From Eledone cirrhosa (Eukaryota): 64,000 nucleotides of DNA. The notes under the pieces were generated by a model. The model was not told where the DNA came from and did not search any database. It saw only the letters and a program-made list of their open reading frames with translations. This document shows positions 60,700 to 64,000 of the stretch, in pieces (within the stretch, counting starts at the first letter, position 1; each line of letters starts with the position of its first letter). The translations under genes were made by a program, and so were the position numbers. The stretch is taken from contig OZ024757.1 in NCBI GenBank assembly GCA_964016885.1, positions 31,248,001-31,312,000 of the forward strand, given 5' to 3'.

Positions 60700-61880
60700 A
60701 ATTACTTCTAAACACAACCACATGGATATGATCTGAACGTGGAAGAGCCGAACTCTCACTGTCATCGCCTCCATCTCCCTCGCTATCCCCATCTCTCTGT
60801 ATGGTGAGCAAATGGGGTCCCACGTACTGGCCTCTTCACAGCCCCGGTTGACAGAATGAAGAAGGCGTTTCCTCGGTGTCTGCCAATATATTTGTTGACT
60901 TGGTGCCGAACAAAGTTCCAATTCTTGTACTCTATGTCTGGAATGTGTAACAACCTTCTGAATCACTTATGCTTGAATGTTACATGTAAGAGTCCAGCTC
61001 TCACACCGATACAGAAGGATCGAAGTCACCAGGGACTTGCACAATTTCAACCTCATTGGGAAAAAAAAACTAATGGAGTTACTTTTCCGTATGATGTTCA
61101 GCCTCGTCATGTTAGAAGGGGCCAGGCCAAGTCTAGTCCTTATCCTCTTCACTGATCTACCTTCATTGGTCAAAGTAGGTCTTAGGTACTCGAAGGTGTC
61201 CTCCACTTCAAGTTTTTCCCCATTTCAGCATGATGCTGATGGCTGTATTTTAGTTATGCTTATTAACTAGAACTTTGCTGCTTTCTAATCTTATCTAATC
61301 TGGCCGAGTTTACAATCGCAAATAAGAAGAACCAGGGCCGCCCCTAGGATTTGGTGTACTTCATATTTGGTTGCTGAATACAATCAGGGGTCGCTGCTTC
61401 TCCTGGAGGTCAATAGTTCTCTTCTAACTCGAGTGGGAGCGCCTTTCTACTGTCAATTTGCATTGATCATCTGCAAAGCCGCATTGCTCTCAGAACCACT
61501 AAACCAGTCTTTCGATGCGTGCAGCTGGAACTACTGCTTTCTAAGCTGATCTTTATTCCGTATTCTCCTGACACATATTCCAGTCCAGTGGTTAGCTCCT
61601 GGAATTCGGCTTCATTGCTTACTAACAGGTAAATAAAATCTTCGAAATGGGCCGTCTTCCAATGGAGATAGAGGTGTGGAAGTCTCGGAGTATCTCTTGC
61701 ATGATGTTTTCCAGGATGATGTTGATGAGCACTAGCGAGAAGAGACGTCCTTATCAATTATTTCCTTGAAGAGCTCTTTGATGTTGTTATTCAGGGGATC
61801 TGCACTGTTTGAGTTTTTGTACAGTGCTTGGATTACTTGAATGATGGATAAGGTTGCTGTCGATGTTGTAATCCTTCATT
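60700..61880 (-). pseudogene. Decayed RTE-clade LINE reverse transcriptase
   Basis: LINIILENIMQE..HTSISIGRRPI, EYGIKISLESSKVL, FEYL, KLCKSLVTSILLYRCESWTL; many frameshifts. Confidence 0.85.
61289..61533 (-). mobile_element. 245-bp insertion into the RTE element with an 11-bp TSD
   Basis: CTGCTTTCTAA at 61278-61288 and 61534-61544; AGATTAGATAAGA tail on the minus strand. Confidence 0.75.
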
Positions 61881-61891
61881 TATCAGACACG

Positions 61892-62256
61892 TGACATTTT
61901 ATCACACATACATTTTATCACACACATACATTTTATCACACACATGACATTTTATCACACACATGACATTTTATCACACATGACATTTTATCACACTCAT
62001 GACATTTTATCACACATACATTTTATCACACACATGACATTTTATCACACATACATTTTATCACACACATGACATTTTATCACACACATGACATTTTATC
62101 ACACACACATTTTATCACACACATGACATTTTATCACACATACATTTTATCACACACACACATTTTATTACACACATGACATTTTATCACACATGACATT
62201 TTAGCACACACATGCATTTTATCACACAGATACATTTTATCACACACATACATTTT
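61892..62256. repeat. ~18-21 bp minisatellite ACATTTTATCACACACAT(G)
   Basis: About 18-19 tandem units. Confidence 0.95.
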
Positions 62257-62364
62257 AATATTGCCACTCAATGAAAACCCTTTATTTGCTTGGAATAAAT
62301 GTACCTTGAAAATTAGGAATGCCTGTCAGTGTGTTTGTATTTGTCTATAGGTAGCGTCCCAAAA

Positions 62365-62620
62365 GTCAGCTCGAAAGTAGCACAGAGGAGACTGAATTTA
62401 GCTGGACATGATTACCGACATCCAGAGTTGACACTGCACTCAGTGCTCCTTGGGAGCCCTTGCACGGACACACTAGAAGAGGGAAACCGAGGTTGACATA
62501 TGTTGATGCCCTAAGGACAGACACCGGTCTCTTGGAGACGTAGGACATGGCAGCGATGATGAGGGACAGAGACCGCTGGAGAGAACTCGTCCATGGATCT
62601 CGGGAATTTTACCCGCCCTA
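62365..62620 (+). mobile_element. RTEX/RTE LINE ORF2 C-terminal remnant
   Basis: AGHDYRHPEL...WEPLHGHTRRGKPRLTYVDALRTDTG; same family as 9238-9385. Confidence 0.8.
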
Positions 62621-63150
62621 GCATGATAAAATCACCGATGACACATTTCTTCTAACAAAGTCTGTGTCTAACATTTCAGCAACATTTAGATGTGAATCTA
62701 CTTGTGAGGACACACATCTGAGGAGCTTTCGATTCCAGAGTCAGGAACGAACATAATCGATTGTTCGTCGAAGTGATCGGCAGTGCCACATATGCAATAT
62801 GTGATTAAATCTGTATATGATTCAATACTGATCCTTTGTTCCCTAATTATTATTACTATTACCATATATATATATATACATATATATATACCAGGATCTA
62901 TATTGGATAAACCCAATATTAACACACACACAGTTGGCTCATTCATTTTATTAAGGTTATATAGGGATTCTTGTTACGCTGGATTTCGACTGTTTATCAT
63001 AAGGTCACCAGGCATGACCCTGTGATGAACAGGTGAAACTCCAGAGCAACAGGACTCACTATTTAGCCATAATCAAATGAATATCTTCAATGAACTTATA
63101 ACATGAAGTTCACATGAAGATATGTCACTATCTTTACACCAATTATTATA

Positions 63151-63207
63151 TTTTATCTGCAGAAAGCGCACTAAAATATTAGTACCCTTGAAATATGTAT
63201 AATAAAA
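63151..63207 (+). ncRNA. HHR motif (H3) with CUGCAGA core variant
   Basis: TTTTAT CTGCAGA AAG..ACTAA AATA TTAGT..CTT GAAA TATGTA TA ATAAAA; 3' flank matches 24245-24280. Confidence 0.6.
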
Positions 63208-63251
63208 TAAATATAGTTTCATAAATATATTTTCCATTTATTAATATTATT

Positions 63252-63818
<567 letters not shown>

Positions 63819-63882
63819 TCTGCCTTGACAAATATACATACATACATACATACATACATACATACATACATACATACATACA

Positions 63883-63967
<85 letters not shown>

Positions 63968-64000
63968 AAGTTAAATAAAAGTCAAATATATATATATGTA

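Overview
Eukaryotic, repeat-saturated, essentially non-genic DNA. It is probably a cephalopod (octopus-like) intron or intergenic region, inferred from the very high (AT)n/(CA)n microsatellite load and the SINE types. Nearly all listed ORFs are microsatellite artefacts. Real coding sequence is limited to one 5'-truncated CR1-group LINE reverse transcriptase ORF (27728-29122) and decayed RTE, RTEX, Tx1 and Penelope (GIY-YIG) remnants; no host-gene exon could be identified. The most notable signal is a dense population of small elements built around minimal type I hammerhead ribozyme (HHR) motifs (CUGANGA...GAAA, often with a palindromic loop 3). About 14 complete or decayed motifs occur in several lineages, some beside GIY-YIG remnants and two as outward-facing inverted pairs. 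There is also an 11-copy, ~190-bp 'long hairpin plus tail' family sitting mostly in (TA)n tracts. Its arms covary between copies, and it looks like an HHR folded back at stem II. Other features: tRNA-derived SINEs, a SINE-derived tandem array, a 4.9-kb modular satellite, a Helitron 3' end and nested insertions with target-site duplications (TSDs). All structure calls were made by eye and are untested.
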